Below, piece by piece: positions 50,412 to 64,000 of a stretch of DNA of 64,000 nucleotides. Origin of the DNA: Octopus sinensis (Eukaryota); contig NC_043000.1 of the NCBI RefSeq assembly GCF_006345805.1, positions 72,912,001 to 72,976,000 on the forward strand, in the 5' to 3' direction. How positions within the stretch are numbered: position 1 is the first letter of the stretch; the number at the start of each line of letters is the position of its first letter. Made by a program: the position numbers and the translations under genes. The notes under the pieces were generated by a model that saw only the letters and a list, made by a program, of their open reading frames with translations, made no database searches and had not been told where the DNA came from.

Positions 50412-53400
50412 AACCATCTATCATGTCGTCTAAGCCTGGCTCAGCTATCTACAAATCGAAACTGAGATCTGCCAAAAGGGCTTGTTCAGTTAATAAGGCG
50501 ATCAGTGATATCAAGCTTTCACATGAAGACCCTGAAATCAAGATTTCTCATCAAGAAGATGGTCTTACTAACAAACATCTCAACGAGCAGTTGCTGTTGC
50601 TTAAACAAGAGGTCGAGCACCTTAAATCTATTGTTGCTGAATTACAGAATTAACAAACTGAATCCCATTCAAAGTCTCCTATTGACGCAGAACCACCCTT
50701 GATTTCTTCCCTAAAGACTTCCAAACTGAAGGGATCAAAATCGAAGCGGTCAAAGAAGGTGAAAGAACCGGCGGTCGTTTCCACTCATGACCCTATCTGT
50801 GTGGATTCTTCCTCATCTGCCATTTCGCTCCCGGAGGTTCCCCAACCTGAATTGAGGAGCGTAGACTCAAACCCACCTGAAGACCATTGTTCTCCAAAAA
50901 AGAAGAAATGTAGTCAAAACAACAGTGGGGCAGATTTAGCTGCGAAACCTGCTCAAGATCAAATCTGTTTGGATTCTCCCTCATTTGTCCTTCTCATCAA
51001 TGCCATTGCTCAACCAATTCTGAATGATCTTGATGTGAGTTCATCTGGGGAGTGGTGCTCCTCCAAAACGAAGAAGAGGCAGTGCAGTTCAAAACCAGGC
51101 GGGTAACTTATGACCACTAAACCCATTCCGATTGACCCCAACAGCTACAAAACCGCTCTTTCTAATTTATTCGATGAAGAATCGAATGCTGCAGTTCACA
51201 GTAGAGAACAGAACGACCATTTTGCCCACTCAAGATCAGCAATCATTTATGGTAAAGCTGAATCCACCTGTGATACAGGCATAAACCGCCTAAAAGATGA
51301 CAAATTTTGTTTCCGTTTTAGTTGGAGAATTGTCCTCTGTCAATGAAAATGTCAGTATCCTTAAGGTTGCTTGGCTAGGAAGATTCCAAGTGAACTCAAC
51401 CTCAGACACTAGACCACGCCCAATAAGAGTAATCTTTTCTTCCGATCAGGAGGCTTCAACCTTTCTGAACAGAGCTCAGAAGCATGCCTGGGAGGACCCC
51501 AATATGGGTTTTTGTGAGGAATATTCACTGAGAGAGAGAATTCGCCGGAGAAACCTGATATCCGAGCTGAAGATGAGAAAACAGATGGGAGAGAAGGGTT
51601 TATGCATCCAAGATGGACAAATAATCAAGTCCTACCTCTGGTTGCATGCTGTAGTGCTGACAGGGAAAGTGAATCGAGGGCAAAACGAAGTAAAGTAGAT
51701 ACCCCCGACAACGATGCTATATCTGATACCCCTTATTCAGCTTGTTCCCTAATTCCCGCCCGTCAAACTTCACAGCTCAGCATCATCTATACCAACTCCT
51801 TATTTCCAAAGTTCAGCAAATTATTTACACAGGCCCTGCGTGATTCCCCAGATGTGATAGCTATCACCGAGACTTGGCTGACTCCAGCAGTAAAGGACTC
51901 AGAAATCCACCTACAAGGCTACACTCTCTTCAGATGTGACAGAGAAAAAAGGTGAGGTGGAGGTGTTGCTGTGTATGTCAAATCTAATCTCAAACCATCC
52001 AGCTGTATTCTACCCACTAATGCTCAACCTACAACAAAATTCGATGCCGTCTATTGCAAGCTGAGCCTATCCGGGTTTTGCCTGCCCGTGTTAGCTGTCT
52101 ACAGGCCGACTCTTGTCGACCCCCAGGACGATGCTCATTTACTCGAAGCAATAAGATTTGTTTCGTCTTCTCATGAATGTTTGAAATTTGGAGACTTCAA
52201 TGCTCCCACAATCGACTGGCCCGCATCCATTTGTACATCTTCCCGGTTCAACCAGGCCCTTCTTGACATGGCTGAAGATTGTTTTCTATCGCAACATGTT
52301 GAATCTCCGACAAGGCATCGGTCTGGGCAGCAGTCATCTATGCTGGATCTGGTATTCTCCCACTATCCAAGATCAGTGTCAGGCTTATATGTGTGCACCA
52401 CTCTTGCCAAGAGTGATCACGCGGTCCTGAAGTTCAACATGCACACAACTTTTTCTATGCCCAAGACTACTTCACTGCCACATAGAGTCTTCTCTGCAAT
52501 CAATCTTGAAATTCTAACCGAGGCTTCTACGCTTCTGGACTGGCGATCCCTGATGACGATGTCCTCAGTTGACGAACTATGGTCGTCCCTCAAAGCATAT
52601 ATAATCTGGTTGACTGACCAGGCACTTCCCATTGGGCTTCCCAAGAAGAAGAAACACAAGCCCTGGGTGATGAAGAAGGTTAAATGAGAACTTCGACTCA
52701 GAGATATTGCTTGATTCGACTGCAGCTTTTGAGGTGTACAAAACTCAACGAGACTGAGCCGTGAAAATTGAAAAGAAAGAATGCTTCAGATATGAATGCA
52801 GAATCGCGGCAAATGCCAGTCGCAATCCAAAAACCTTCTTTGCCCATGTCCAACGGAATTCCCGCTTGAACAACCAAATTGCAACGTTGGTAGGCATATC
52901 GATTGAGGACCCTTATCAGCATAGTCAGTTATTTGTTGAGGCTTTTCCGACAATTTTCAAACAAGATGATGGCCGTGAACCCCCTCCATTTGATAGATCG
53001 GTACCTCCAATGCCTAGATTGCTCATCACTTGTGACGAAGTCGAACGCGTTATTCAAGGCCTCGATGTCAACAAGGGTCATGGCCCTGACGGCATACACC
53101 CACAGGTTATCAAAGCATTGGCTCCGGTTATCTGTGAACCTTTAACACTTCTATTCAATATGTTATTGACGATGGGTGTTGTACCTGCGGACTGGAGAAC
53201 AGCGATAATCTGCCCGATTTTCAAGAAAGGGAGCTGCAAAGACCCGCTTAACTACCAACCAGTTTTCCTTAATTCAATAATCAGCAAGATGTTCGAAACC
53301 CTCCTCAAGAAAAGTATGTTGCTCCACCTCCTAAACACAGCCTCTATCTTTGATTCCCAACACGGCTTCGTGCACAAGAGATCATGCTTGATCAACTTAC

Positions 53401-55860
53401 TGGTAATGGAAGAATTGGTGACGCGTATCCTGGATGATGGTGATGCTGTTGACATCGTTTTATTGGACTTTGCCAAAGCTTTAGACTCGGTTAACCACTG
53501 CCTATTACTTGTCAAGCTTCAAGCATATCGTTTCCATCCGGATATTGTATGAGGGACGTTCAATAAGTAATGCCCCTGACCCATTTGCATGTGCAATTAT
53601 TTATATCTCTATAGACTAAGTGGCAAATTTCAGCTCTGAACTAATTGTGGTTTCTGATTTACAGGTGTTTGAACTGAGTCAAGTGTGAAATGGAGCCTGT
53701 TGAGTGTCGAGCAGTGATCCGGTTTTTGTATTTGAAAGGACGCACACCACGGGAGACTTTTGATGAAATGAAAGTAACTTCTGGTGATGATGCCCCATCA
53801 TATGACCTTGTAAAACGCTGGCATCGTAAATTCAAACATGGTCGGAACTCTGTGGAAACAGCTCCCAGATCTGGTCGCCCACTTCTGCCATTGATGAGGC
53901 ATCTGTCCGTCAAGTTGAGGCTGCCATTTTGGAAGATCGACGCATAACTATTCGTCAAATAGCCCATGAGGTCAAGATTAGTACCAGGTCTGTGAAAACT
54001 ATCATTCATGACCATTTGCATATGCAAAAGGTATCTGCCAGATGGATTCCCAGATTGCACACACCTTTCCAGAAGCAAGAACGCGTCGAGTGCTTGAGGA
54101 TGAATTTGGAGATGTACCAAGAAGATGAATCAAAATTTTTCAAAAGACTGATTACACAGGATGATCACTATGATCCAGAGACCAAAGCCCAGTCAATGCA
54201 GTGGAAGCACTGTGACTCACCTCCTCCAAAGAAGGCAAGGGTGCAGCCCTCCGCTGGCAAGGTCATGCTCACAGTCTTCTGGGACCAGGACGGAGTAGTG
54301 ATGACAGATTTCCTGGCACCACAATTACAGGAATCTATTATGCTTCACTTTTGAGGAAATTAAGAGAAGCTATCAAAATCAAGAGGTGGGGCAAGATCAG
54401 CAAAGGCATCCTCCTCCTGCAGGACAACGCTCCGGTCCACAACTCGCGTGTCGCCAGAGCAGAAGCACAGGCGTGTGGCTATGAACTCCTCCCCCATCCC
54501 TCCTACTCTCCTGACCTTGCACCCTCTCATTTTCACCTCTTCCCAGCCATGAAGTTGTTGAAAGGAAAGCGTTTCCCAGATGATGCAGCCTTGATTTCTG
54601 AAGTCAAGTCGTGGTTGGAGGACCAAGCTGGGGTCTTCTACAAAAACAGTCTCCAGAGCTGCATCAAACGATGGGAGAAATGCATAACTCTGGGTGGTTC
54701 CTATGTAGAAAAAGACTAATAACTGTGCCAAGTTTCGTTGCTTTACTGCTATGGGAAGTGGGTCAGGGGCATTACTTATTGAACGCCCCTTGTACGATGG
54801 GTTGATGCCTTCCTCTCAGATCACTCCTTCCAAGTCCAATTTAATGGTTCGCTGTCCGATGTCTCCAGTGCGAGCAGTGGCGTGCCTCAAGGTTCAGTGC
54901 TTGGGCCGTTATTGTTTTTAGTCTTCATCAATGACTTGCCCGACGACCTCACGCAACACACCCTTCTATTTCCCAACTATGTCAAACTGGTCGCTCCTCG
55001 CAGTGATATAGAGGATCTTTGCCGATGCCTCCACCAAGTTTGGAGATGGTCAAATGAATAGGACCTGTGTCTGAACGTGTCAAAGTGCTGTCATCTGCCT
55101 GTTGGCTCTCCTCCTGCAACTCAACTTGATTTTGAGCCGGGTCGTCTGCTGCTGGAGAAGACCGACCAAGTAAAGGACCTGGGTATCTTGGTGGAGTCTT
55201 CCTTTTCGCCTTCGGCCCAATGCGTCCGTGCTGCCAACAAAGCACGCGGAGTTCTGTTTTTGATTCGATGGTCATTTGGAATGCTCACAGCAGCCATATT
55301 CCTACCGCTCTATGTCACACTGGTGTGACCCATATTGGAGTACGGGATTCAAGCCTCTTCTCCTTATCTCCTCAAAGACATATTTCATCTCGAAAGAGTC
55401 CAGAAGCTGGCTACCCACATGGTTCTTGGTCTCGAGCATTTGTTTTATGAAGAAAGGCTGAAGATGCTCGACCTTTATTCTCTTGAAAAACGCCGCCGCC
55501 GTGGTGATCTCATTCTCGCTCAAAACATCATAAGCGGAAAGTGTAACCTCTCGAAAGAGCTGTTCTTTACTCCTGCTCCAGAGCATGGGCTGTGGGGTCA
55601 CTCCAAAAAGCTCTATCTACGACGATCTCATCTCAATCGAAGGAGAGGGGTTTTCTCTGTCCGGGTTGTGGATTCGTGGAATAAGCTGCCGGACGAGATA
55701 GTGAAGATGCCGACGACTGCTCGATTCAAAGTCTCTCTTGACTAGAAATGGTCTGAACTCTTTGTATGACCACCCTCCTATACATAACTCCTTGTTCCCC
55801 TACATGGCCTTGCTGTTGCTTTTTGAGCCAATAAAAATTGAATTGAATTGAATTGAAAAA
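50412..55860 (+). mobile_element. CR1-clade LINE, near full length (ORF1, APE, RT, (AATTG)n tail), decayed, with nested mariner
   Basis: ORF1 RPRPIRV; APE AITETWL, YRP, GDFN, SDH; RT GPDG, QHGF, LDFAKA, SGVPQGSVLGPLLF; LYSLEKRRRRGDLI; tail aattgaattgaattgaattg. Confidence 0.92.
53550..54792 (+). mobile_element. Mariner (DD34D) transposon, 1243 bp, ~33-bp TIRs, TA target duplication
   Basis: tgagggacgttcaataagtaatgcccctgaccca / tgggtcaggggcattacttattgaacgccccttg. WIPR and YSPDLAPS motifs, third D mutated to H. Host RT reads ...DIV|RWVD... across the TA. Confidence 0.95.
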
Positions 55861-56045
55861 AACGCAGACACAAAGGACACACACAATATATATACATATA
55901 TATACAACAGGCTTCTTTCAGTTTCTGTCTATCAAATCCACTCACAAGGCTTCGCTGAGCCTGAGGCTATAGTAGAAGACACTTGCCCGAGGGGATTGAA
56001 CCTGGAACCATATAGTTGGGAAGCAAGCTTCTTCCCACAGCCGTG
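55861..56045 (-). mobile_element. SINE (main family), 5' portion
   Basis: Continues the copy split at 50411. Confidence 0.75.
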
Positions 56046-56074
56046 TGTATCTGTGTGTGTGTGTGTGTCTCTCT

Positions 56075-56137
<63 letters not shown>

Positions 56138-56209
56138 ATATATAAGATATTTATAAGTATCGGCAAAGAATTTTTGATAAAGTTACATTTGAAGAAAGTT
56201 TTCTTAAAT

Positions 56210-59200
56210 TACATATCATCATCATTATCATCATCGTCATCGTCGTTGTCTGCTTTCCATGCTGACTTGGGTTAAATGGTTTGACTGAGCCAGAAGACTG
56301 CACCAAGCTCAAATCCAATCTTGCAAAGCTGGATGCCCTTCCTAATGCCAATCACTCTGAGAGTGTAGTGGGTGCCTTTTACATGCCACTGGCATGGAAG
56401 CCAGCCAAGCAGTACTGGCAATGACCATGCTTGAATGGTGCTTTTTAGGTGCCAGCAGCATGGAACCAGTGAGGTGGCTCTGGCATCGACCACACCCAAA
56501 TGGTGCATTTTACGTGCCACTAGCACAGGTACCAATCAGGTGGTACTATCATTGACCACAACAATGATTTCACTTGCCTCAACAGGTCTTTGCAAGTGCA
56601 GTTTATTACCCAATGATTGAAGGTTACTCTTAAATAGGCTGGTTATGCTGCATTGGCATAGGCCACAGTTACAGTCTTACTTGGCTTGCCAGGTCTTTTC
56701 AAGCACAGTATATCTCCAAAGATCTCGGTCACTTGTCATTGCCTCGGTGAGGCTCAACGTTCGAAGGTCATGCTTCACCACCTCATCCCAGGTCTTCCTG
56801 GGTCTACCTCTTCCACAGGTTCCCTCTACTGCTAGGGTGTGACACATTTTCATACAGCTGTCCTCATCCATATGCAACACACGACCAAACCAGTGCAGTC
56901 ATCTCTCTTGCACACCACATCTGATGCTTCTTAAGTCCAACGTTTTTCTCAGGGTGCTTACACTCTGTTGTGTATGCACACTGACATTACACATCCAAGG
57001 GAGCATACTAGCTTCATTCCTTGCGAGCTTACACATGCCCTCAGCAGCCACGGCCCATGTTTCACTGCCATGTAGCATGGCTGTTTGCACACATGCATCA
57101 TACAGTCTGCTTTTTACTCTAAGCAAAAGGCCCTTTGTCACCAGCAAAAGTAGGAGCTCTCTGAACTTTGCCTAAGCTATTCTTATTCTACTAACCACAC
57201 TTTCAGAGCATCCACCCCAGCTACTGACTTGGTCACCTAGGTAATGGAAGCTGTCACCTACTTGTAATCTTTCTCCCTGGAATGTGACAGAAGCAGTTTT
57301 CTGCACATTCAGTGTTTATTGCTCCTGAGCATCTGCCACATACAAAAACTATCTTCCTAGTTAGCCTTCCTTTGATATTACTGCACCTCTTATGTGTCCA
57401 TAGCTTACATTGGGTACATCTTATAGAATTTCTACCTATGCCTTTTCTACAGATTAAGCATCTACCTGAAGGGATTTGTGGTTTTTCTACCCTTCCTACT
57501 TATTAAGACTTTGGCTTTTGCAAGATTAACTCTAAGGCCCTTCATTTTTAGACCTTGCTTCCACACCTGGAACTTCTCCTCTAGTTCTGATAGTGACTCA
57601 GCTATTAGAGCAAGGTCATCAGCATTCTGTCTTGAATTCCTCTGTTATTGATGAATAAGAGGGAGCTGAGGACTGATCCTTGGTGGACCCCTACCCCTAC
57701 CCGGAATTCTTCACTGTACTCATTGCCAACCCTCACCTTACTGGCAGCATCCCTGTATATGGCTTGTACAGCTCTCACTAACCATTCAACTATCCCTAGT
57801 TTCCACACTGACCACCAGATAAGGTATCGGAGGGATACCCTGTCAAAGGCTTTCTCCATGTCAGCGAAAGTCAGGTACAGACGTTTATCTTTGGCTAGGT
57901 GTTTCTCCTGCAACTGTCTTACCAGAAATATAGCATCAGTGGTGTTTTTCTTTGGCACAAACCTAAACTGCATCTTATCTAGACTGACCCTCTTCCTAAT
58001 TAGTTGGTCTATGACTTTTGTTACCTGATCCGATAACTTGATACCTCTGTCATAATTCGTATCTCTTGCATCACCTTTACCTTTGTAGCAGTTGACTATG
58101 TTACTGCTACACCAGTCACTGGGTATGACTCTTTCATGTATCACCTGATTGACTATACAGGCGACTAGACTATAGCCGACACTGCTAAATATTTTAAGTA
58201 TTTCTGCAGTGATTCCTGATGTGCCAGGGACTTCATACTCTTAATACTCTTAATTGCTTTATTTACCAAGGTACTGTCAATTCAGATAGCTGGTTCCTCG
58301 TTGGGTCAACATTTGGCAGACTCTCTTTCTCCTATTCATTCTCTTCATTTAGCTACCTTTCATAGCGGCATCTTCAAGTCTCTCTCTTTCCAGCCTCATT
58401 AAATGCAAGTAAGCCATCATCCATGCGGACACATTTTTCTCCTATGATATCACCATTCTCTCTCACACACTGTCTTGAAACATGAAACACTTTGGTCCTC
58501 ATGACGCAGAACATTGGCAAATTTTTTCTGGCTAAGTAACCTGTTTCCTAGCTTCCCTTCTGCCAGTCTGATACAATTCCCTGCTACCTCCATTCTTCCA
58601 GTCCTTCTATGCCTATTTCTTTTCACTAATGGTCCTGTCAACTACATTGTTCCATCACCTTGTTACCTTGGGTCGAGAGGGGACTTTGCACATCCATAAA
58701 TCTGGTCAGTAGCCCTCAACAGGTTGTCCTGTAGAAACGTCCAGTTGTCTTCCACATCATGTGATGCTATATCCTCCTCTATTTCGTCAAAAGCTTCAAA
58801 TAATACATCTCTAAATTTCTATCCATTCAGAGGATCCTTAAGCTTCCAGACCCTACTTTTCCACACTGGTTGTCTTCTGGGCATCCATTTAGCCCTGATC
58901 CTGAAGTTGCTAACTACTAATCTATGTTGTGGAGTGCATTCTTTACCTCAGAAGATTTTGGCATTTATAAGTAGCCATCTTTGCCATTTCCTGGCAAAGA
59001 TGTAGTCAATTTGACTAGTGTGTCCAGCAATTGGTAGGTGAATAGGTGACTGGCAGGTTTCCTGCAGTTAGTATTACAAACCATAAGATCATTTGCATCG
59101 CAGAACTCCAGCAGCCTGATTCCCTCCTCATTGCAGGAACCAAAACTATAGCCTCAATATATCACATGGAAGCCCCCTGCATGTTGTCCAACATGCCCAT

Positions 59201-59960
59201 TGAAGTCACCAGCCACAAAGAGAAGGTCTCTGTCATTCATCAATGAGGCAGTCTGCAAGAGGGTGTCATAAAATCGGTCTTTCTGTTCATCAGGTAGCCC
59301 CAGCTGAGGGGCATAGGCTGAGATAATGGTTGCTAACTCATGTTGCAGCACTAATCTAATTTTAGGTATTCTATCACATACTCTCACTACCTCAATTACC
59401 TTATCAACCCATTTCTCTGCAAGAAGTACACCCACGCCCCTGACCCCATGAGTGTTCCCTGCCCAGAAAACCTTATACCTATGTTCTTTGCCTGTGAGGA
59501 ACCTAACAGAACATCATCTCCACCTTACTTCTTGGATGCAGCACAAATCTACACATCTCTGTTCAAGCATCTCAACAATCTCACCAGACCTACCTTTTAG
59601 TGTGCCCACATTAAGTATGCCAACCCTGAGAGTGTGAGAGGTGTTGGCCCATGTGACCCTAGGATGGGAGACAGCAGCGCCATGTACCTGAAAAGAAAGC
59701 TCACATTTGGCAGAACTCATAAACATACAATAGCCTTCAACCTGTATACACTACACCATCATTTTTATGCGCTACATAATCACTACATTACATAGGAGAT
59801 AAAGCCCAAGTAGGGATGGGGGAAAATTAAGCCTTTGGAGGTATTCATGAGAGAGATATCTGATAGAGGTCAGAGGAAAGAGACTTCTGGTACAGGTGGT
59901 GAGTGAGGAAGGGATGGGCACACTGTGAAACAGCTAAAACTCAGGCTGCCAGCGTGAGAG
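56210..59960 (-). mobile_element. RTE LINE, near full length, older/diverged copy
   Basis: LNVGTL, CIQEVRW, SAYAPQ, GDFNGHVG, RT motifs and GRGRPRKTW; 3'UTR remnant at 56210-56600. Confidence 0.92.
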
Positions 59961-60399
59961 AATATTGATGATAATAATGAGATAGAATTGGGCATTAAAA
60001 TTCTTAACTAGAGCTATTACCAAGAGTTTTCAGTCAGCCAAACTGTGACAAAATTAGATAAATGAATGAATAAATGACAATAATATATGAGTGTGAAAGA
60101 GAGGGAGAAAGAGGAAGAATTGGATCGAGTGAAAGGTTCATAAAGTTTTTTTTCTTTTTTTTTCTAAACATACAGTGTGGAAGATGAAACTGTGTTTACA
60201 TAGACAGATAATGAAATAGATAGAATAATGAAATGAACTAATAAGGTAATTATGATCTGCCCTGCAAAAAGAGGTTTAGATGTGTACTAGGTTGAAAAAC
60301 AAGGTTGCATATCTGAACATCTGATTTTCTAATCCTTTTGGCGAGGTGTTAAAATATGAGGTAGGGGAATCTGAATGAGCTAGTTTATATAGGGTGAGG

Positions 60400-61032
60400 T
60401 GGGGTGACAAAAAATCTCAAACAACAGACTGACACGTACCTTTCAGAAGGAAGTTTTCATATTGTGCTCAAACTTTTTTGCTGTTTACAGCTTTTCATAC
60501 ACATATGTTATGGGTTAAACCATGAAGAAAAAGTTTTTAGTGGCAGTGTTGGCAATTTCCAGTTTAGTTTTGGATTTAGATATCTTACGAAATTTTCTTG
60601 TTTTGCCTTTTGTAATTGGTCTTAATATTTTCTCATCTCTATTTTGAAAAAAGGGAATATTCTGACAAGAATTTAACAACAAAATCAAATGCTTCACTGC
60701 ATTAGCATTTCTTCCAGTGTGTGATGTTACTGATTGTTTTCTTGAACTGATGATGATGATTCACCCCAAGAATATTCTGCATTTTCCTTTTGCACAAATA
60801 TCAAGATTTTCTTTATATGATTCAGCCATTTGACTGTGGCCATGCTGGAGCACCACCTTAAGTTGAAGAAATCAACCCCAGGACTTATTCTTTGTAAGCC
60901 TAGTACTTATTCTATCAGTCTCTTTTGCCAAACCACAAAGTTTCAGAGACATAAACACACCAACATCTGTTGTCAAACAAAAGTGGGAGCACAAACACAG
61001 GCACAAAGATACACACACATAAATATATATGC

Positions 61033-61097
<65 letters not shown>

Positions 61098-64000
61098 CAC
61101 GGCAAGCATCTTTCAGTTTCCGTCTACCAAATCCACTCACAAGGCTTTGGTCAGCCCAAGGCTATAGTAGGAGACACTTGCCCAAGATGCCATGCAGTGG
61201 GACTGAACCCAGAATCATCAGTTGAGAAGCAAGCTTCTTGCCACACAGCTACGCCTGCGCCTAGCTACACCTGTGCCTATATGAAACATTTCTATGAGAT
61301 CCTTTCATTTGTTACTCATGTCCCTTACTTGATGTATTTATTTCAATCCCATCTGGCTGATATTGCTGTCATTTTGTCATGGGCATGTGATGCAGTAAAT
61401 AAGAATTTTTGTTTTGCAATTCATATTAGCATTAACTTTCAATTCTTACCCATATTTTAGTGTTCTGGCTGTTCCTTGTTGAATTATTTCACAACAAAGG
61501 TCTCCACAGTTTGTTACTTGCATTATTTCTTCATCTGGTGTGAATTTTGCCTTTGATAAGAGTTTTTTAAGATTTGGTGGCTGTCTTCAGCTGTTAATAA
61601 TTTTTTATTCTTTATCATTTTTCTGTGATTTTGTGAATGATGTATCATTTGGCCAAATGAAAAATGTTACAGTTTCTAGAATTATGGGTGACAACAAATG
61701 GAATATTTATGTTTGTGTTTTTGCCTTCACCCTTCTTGTGAGGATTTTTCCATAAGACAGATACTGGGATCTTTTTTGCCTTGGTTATGGCATGATTTAC
61801 TATGTGTTTTGGATATTTTTTGTTTCTGAAGGAATATATTGAGTTTTACCAGACATCTCTCTCATTTATTTGTATCTGTAACTATTGAATAAATACATCT
61901 TGCCATATTAAATACGGTGTTCCTTTTAATACAAGATTAATGGGTAACAAGATTTAAAATCTAAGTATCAGTGTGTATCCATGTAATTTTCTTAATTACC
62001 AAAAGATACCCAAAAAGGAAGTTCTATTTCATTCAATATTAATTTAAGGAATCTTGTGAGGTCTTCTTTACTTCTGTTCCAAAATATGAAACAGTCATGA
62101 AGGAATCTTTTCCAGCTTCTTTTATATAGTATTGGAAATACTGATCAAAAGTAATTCCAGAAAGAGCATAGATTTTTTTTTCTTCAAGGAAACCCATCAA
62201 TACCATTGCAAACATTGGTGTAACTTTCATACCCATTTCTATCGCCTGTATTTGAAGGCAATATTGGTTATCAAAGAAGTAGTTGTTTTCAAGTACCAAT
62301 CATACTCCATTGAGTATAAATTCTTTTGGAATCTCTCCTAAATTCTTTATCAGCATTTATCTATCCAGAATTCTACTGTTTCTAATCCTCATCTATAGGG
62401 GATATTTGTGTAGAGGTTGGTCATGTTCAGACTAAGATCATCTTTATAACATCTGGAATGTGGTTTAGGAAGTCCATCATCGCTGACAAAACTATGATGA
62501 TTTCAAAATTGGATGCTTGATGTTGGTCCAGCAACAATTGAGCATAATTTTAAATCAGACCATCAAGGAATCTTTGCATATTGTGTATGGAATTATTATC
62601 TTTGCATATTGTGTATGGAATTATTATGCAATTATGAAATATTTGGTAACCCATAAAAGTTGCTTCAAAATTAGTAAGGTAATCCAACTCCATGCTCATA
62701 AAATTGTGTTTGAATTTGTCTGTTAATTTACCAGTTTTGTTCATTGATTTTTTTTTATTTGCATTGATTTCTGATTTTTTTTGTAAAAATGTTGGTAATT
62801 TAGATCTAAGATCATTTCCCTGTAACAATGGCTCCTTTATCAAGGTCTTTCATGACTACAGGGGAATCTTTCAGTAAACATCCAATGCTTTTTTGGTTTT
62901 CCTTAATAATGTTTGCTTTTATACAATTTGTTGGAATGTTTGAGTGTGTTGATCTTTTCAGACGTTAAATATTCCTCTAAGTGTTTATTCCTGTTCATTG
63001 GTTTAAATTCCATTGGATTTTTTTTTTTTTACAAGTAATAGCTCTTCATAATACTTCTTGTGGAAAAACTCCCATAGACTAAGATTTCTAAGGAGGGATT
63101 ATGGGTTGTCACCCTTTCATTATTTCTTGATCTGCCTTGTAAATTATTATGAAAGGAATTATGATTCCTTTTGTTGCTGTTAAATTTTGCAATTTTAAGA
63201 TTATTGTTATATTTGTAGCTTTCACTAATTTTACTTGGTTTCATACTCTTGTAATAACAAATTTTTCGATTCTAGTATTTACTTCATTTGATTTTGTTTC
63301 TTTCCTTTCTATGTCTTTTTTTTATAGCTTCAATAAATTTTTACGTGCTTTTCCATTTGCTCATTCAGTGAATTTTTTTCTGCGCATTTGTCAAATTTGT
63401 TTTTGAATGTAGGTGCTCAAAGTCAAAATAGGGTTATTTCTGCTTTGAACTTTTGAAGTGCATGGTTTATTCGGATTTTAGTTTCCTTTTTCAGTTCTCA
63501 TCTTACATCCTTGATATAGAATTTGTGTGGATAAATTGATTTGTACTCAGATTTTTTCTTTTTATTATATGTGTCTGTCAAATTTTCATTTCTAAGTGCC
63601 TTCTAGCACACTTGTTCTTTTTGATTTAATAATCTACTCCATATCTTTTTCATTTGATCTCTCTTTTTGTATGCTTCATTCTCCAAATTAATTTCATTCC
63701 ATTCCTTTAATAAATCCTATACAATGGAGTTTTATGTTGTTACTAGTAGCACAGTAGTTTATTTGGAGTTTCTGTAGTGTTTGGAATATATTTTAATGTC
63801 AATAAAGTTTCTACCTTTCTCCTGTAAATACAGGTTTAGTCTTCCATTTCTTGCAATGCTTATGAGAGTTGTATTTGTTTATAAGAATCATCAGTTTATT
63901 TGATATTTCTTCTAAAATTCATTCATCTGCACTCAGTTTCATTTCTGATTTTGATTTTGTCTGTACCATTCCAATATTGTATCAAGATTAGATATTCCAA
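60400..64000 (-). mobile_element. Penelope-like element (RT + GIY-YIG), degenerate, interrupted by SINE; runs off window end
   Basis: NLYTNIP-like, LENNYF.DNQYCLQIQ..MG..V.P.FA..LMGFLEEK, RQPPNLKKLL, MNCKTK.LIYCITCP. Confidence 0.8.
60815..61265 (-). mobile_element. Full-length tRNA-derived SINE (main family) with internal (TA)/(GT) microsatellite
   Basis: Head gtagctgtgtggcaagaagcttg..., ccttgggcaagtgtc-like CORE-type segment, tail ggtggtgctccagcatggccacagtcaaatggctgaa. Confidence 0.88.

Noticed and set aside
60400-60800. Minus-strand exon or hammerhead near gaaag|gtacgt
   Set aside because: Stops in all frames; best explained as the decayed 3' end of the PLE, and the ribozyme core is too degenerate to call.

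Overview
AT-rich animal genomic DNA, most likely an octopus/cephalopod (inferred from the SINE families, Penelope/RTE/CR1 content and TA/CA microsatellites; not verified by search). No prokaryotic features. Almost all of the window is a nested mosaic of decayed transposable elements. These comprise CR1/L2-group LINEs (two with a CCCH-finger ORF1), many RTE LINE copies, HERO/NeSL-like RT fragments, several Penelope-like elements (PLEs), Tc1/mariner elements (DD34D mariner, DD37D maT, DD37E TRT), a Helentron-like non-autonomous element, tRNA-derived SINEs and a 790-bp foldback. The only host-gene signal I can support is a pair of paralogous 78-nt exons on opposite, convergent strands (14547-14624 +, 26352-26429 -) plus a candidate terminal exon (20739-20825 -); I do not recognise the protein. 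The most interesting observations are RNA-level. (i) A ~330-nt tandem, highly structured repeat carries a near-perfect type I hammerhead ribozyme (retrozyme-like, 32019-32845). (ii) An intact minimal hammerhead lies in a PLE terminal region (3913-3998), with several degenerate relatives elsewhere. (iii) An RTE 3'UTR carries a copy-number-variable, A/B-alternating 61-bp hairpin array. (iv) A LINE and SINEs share a 3' tail with a covarying stem-loop. Coordinates of degenerate elements are approximate, and clade assignments come from remembered motifs, not database searches.
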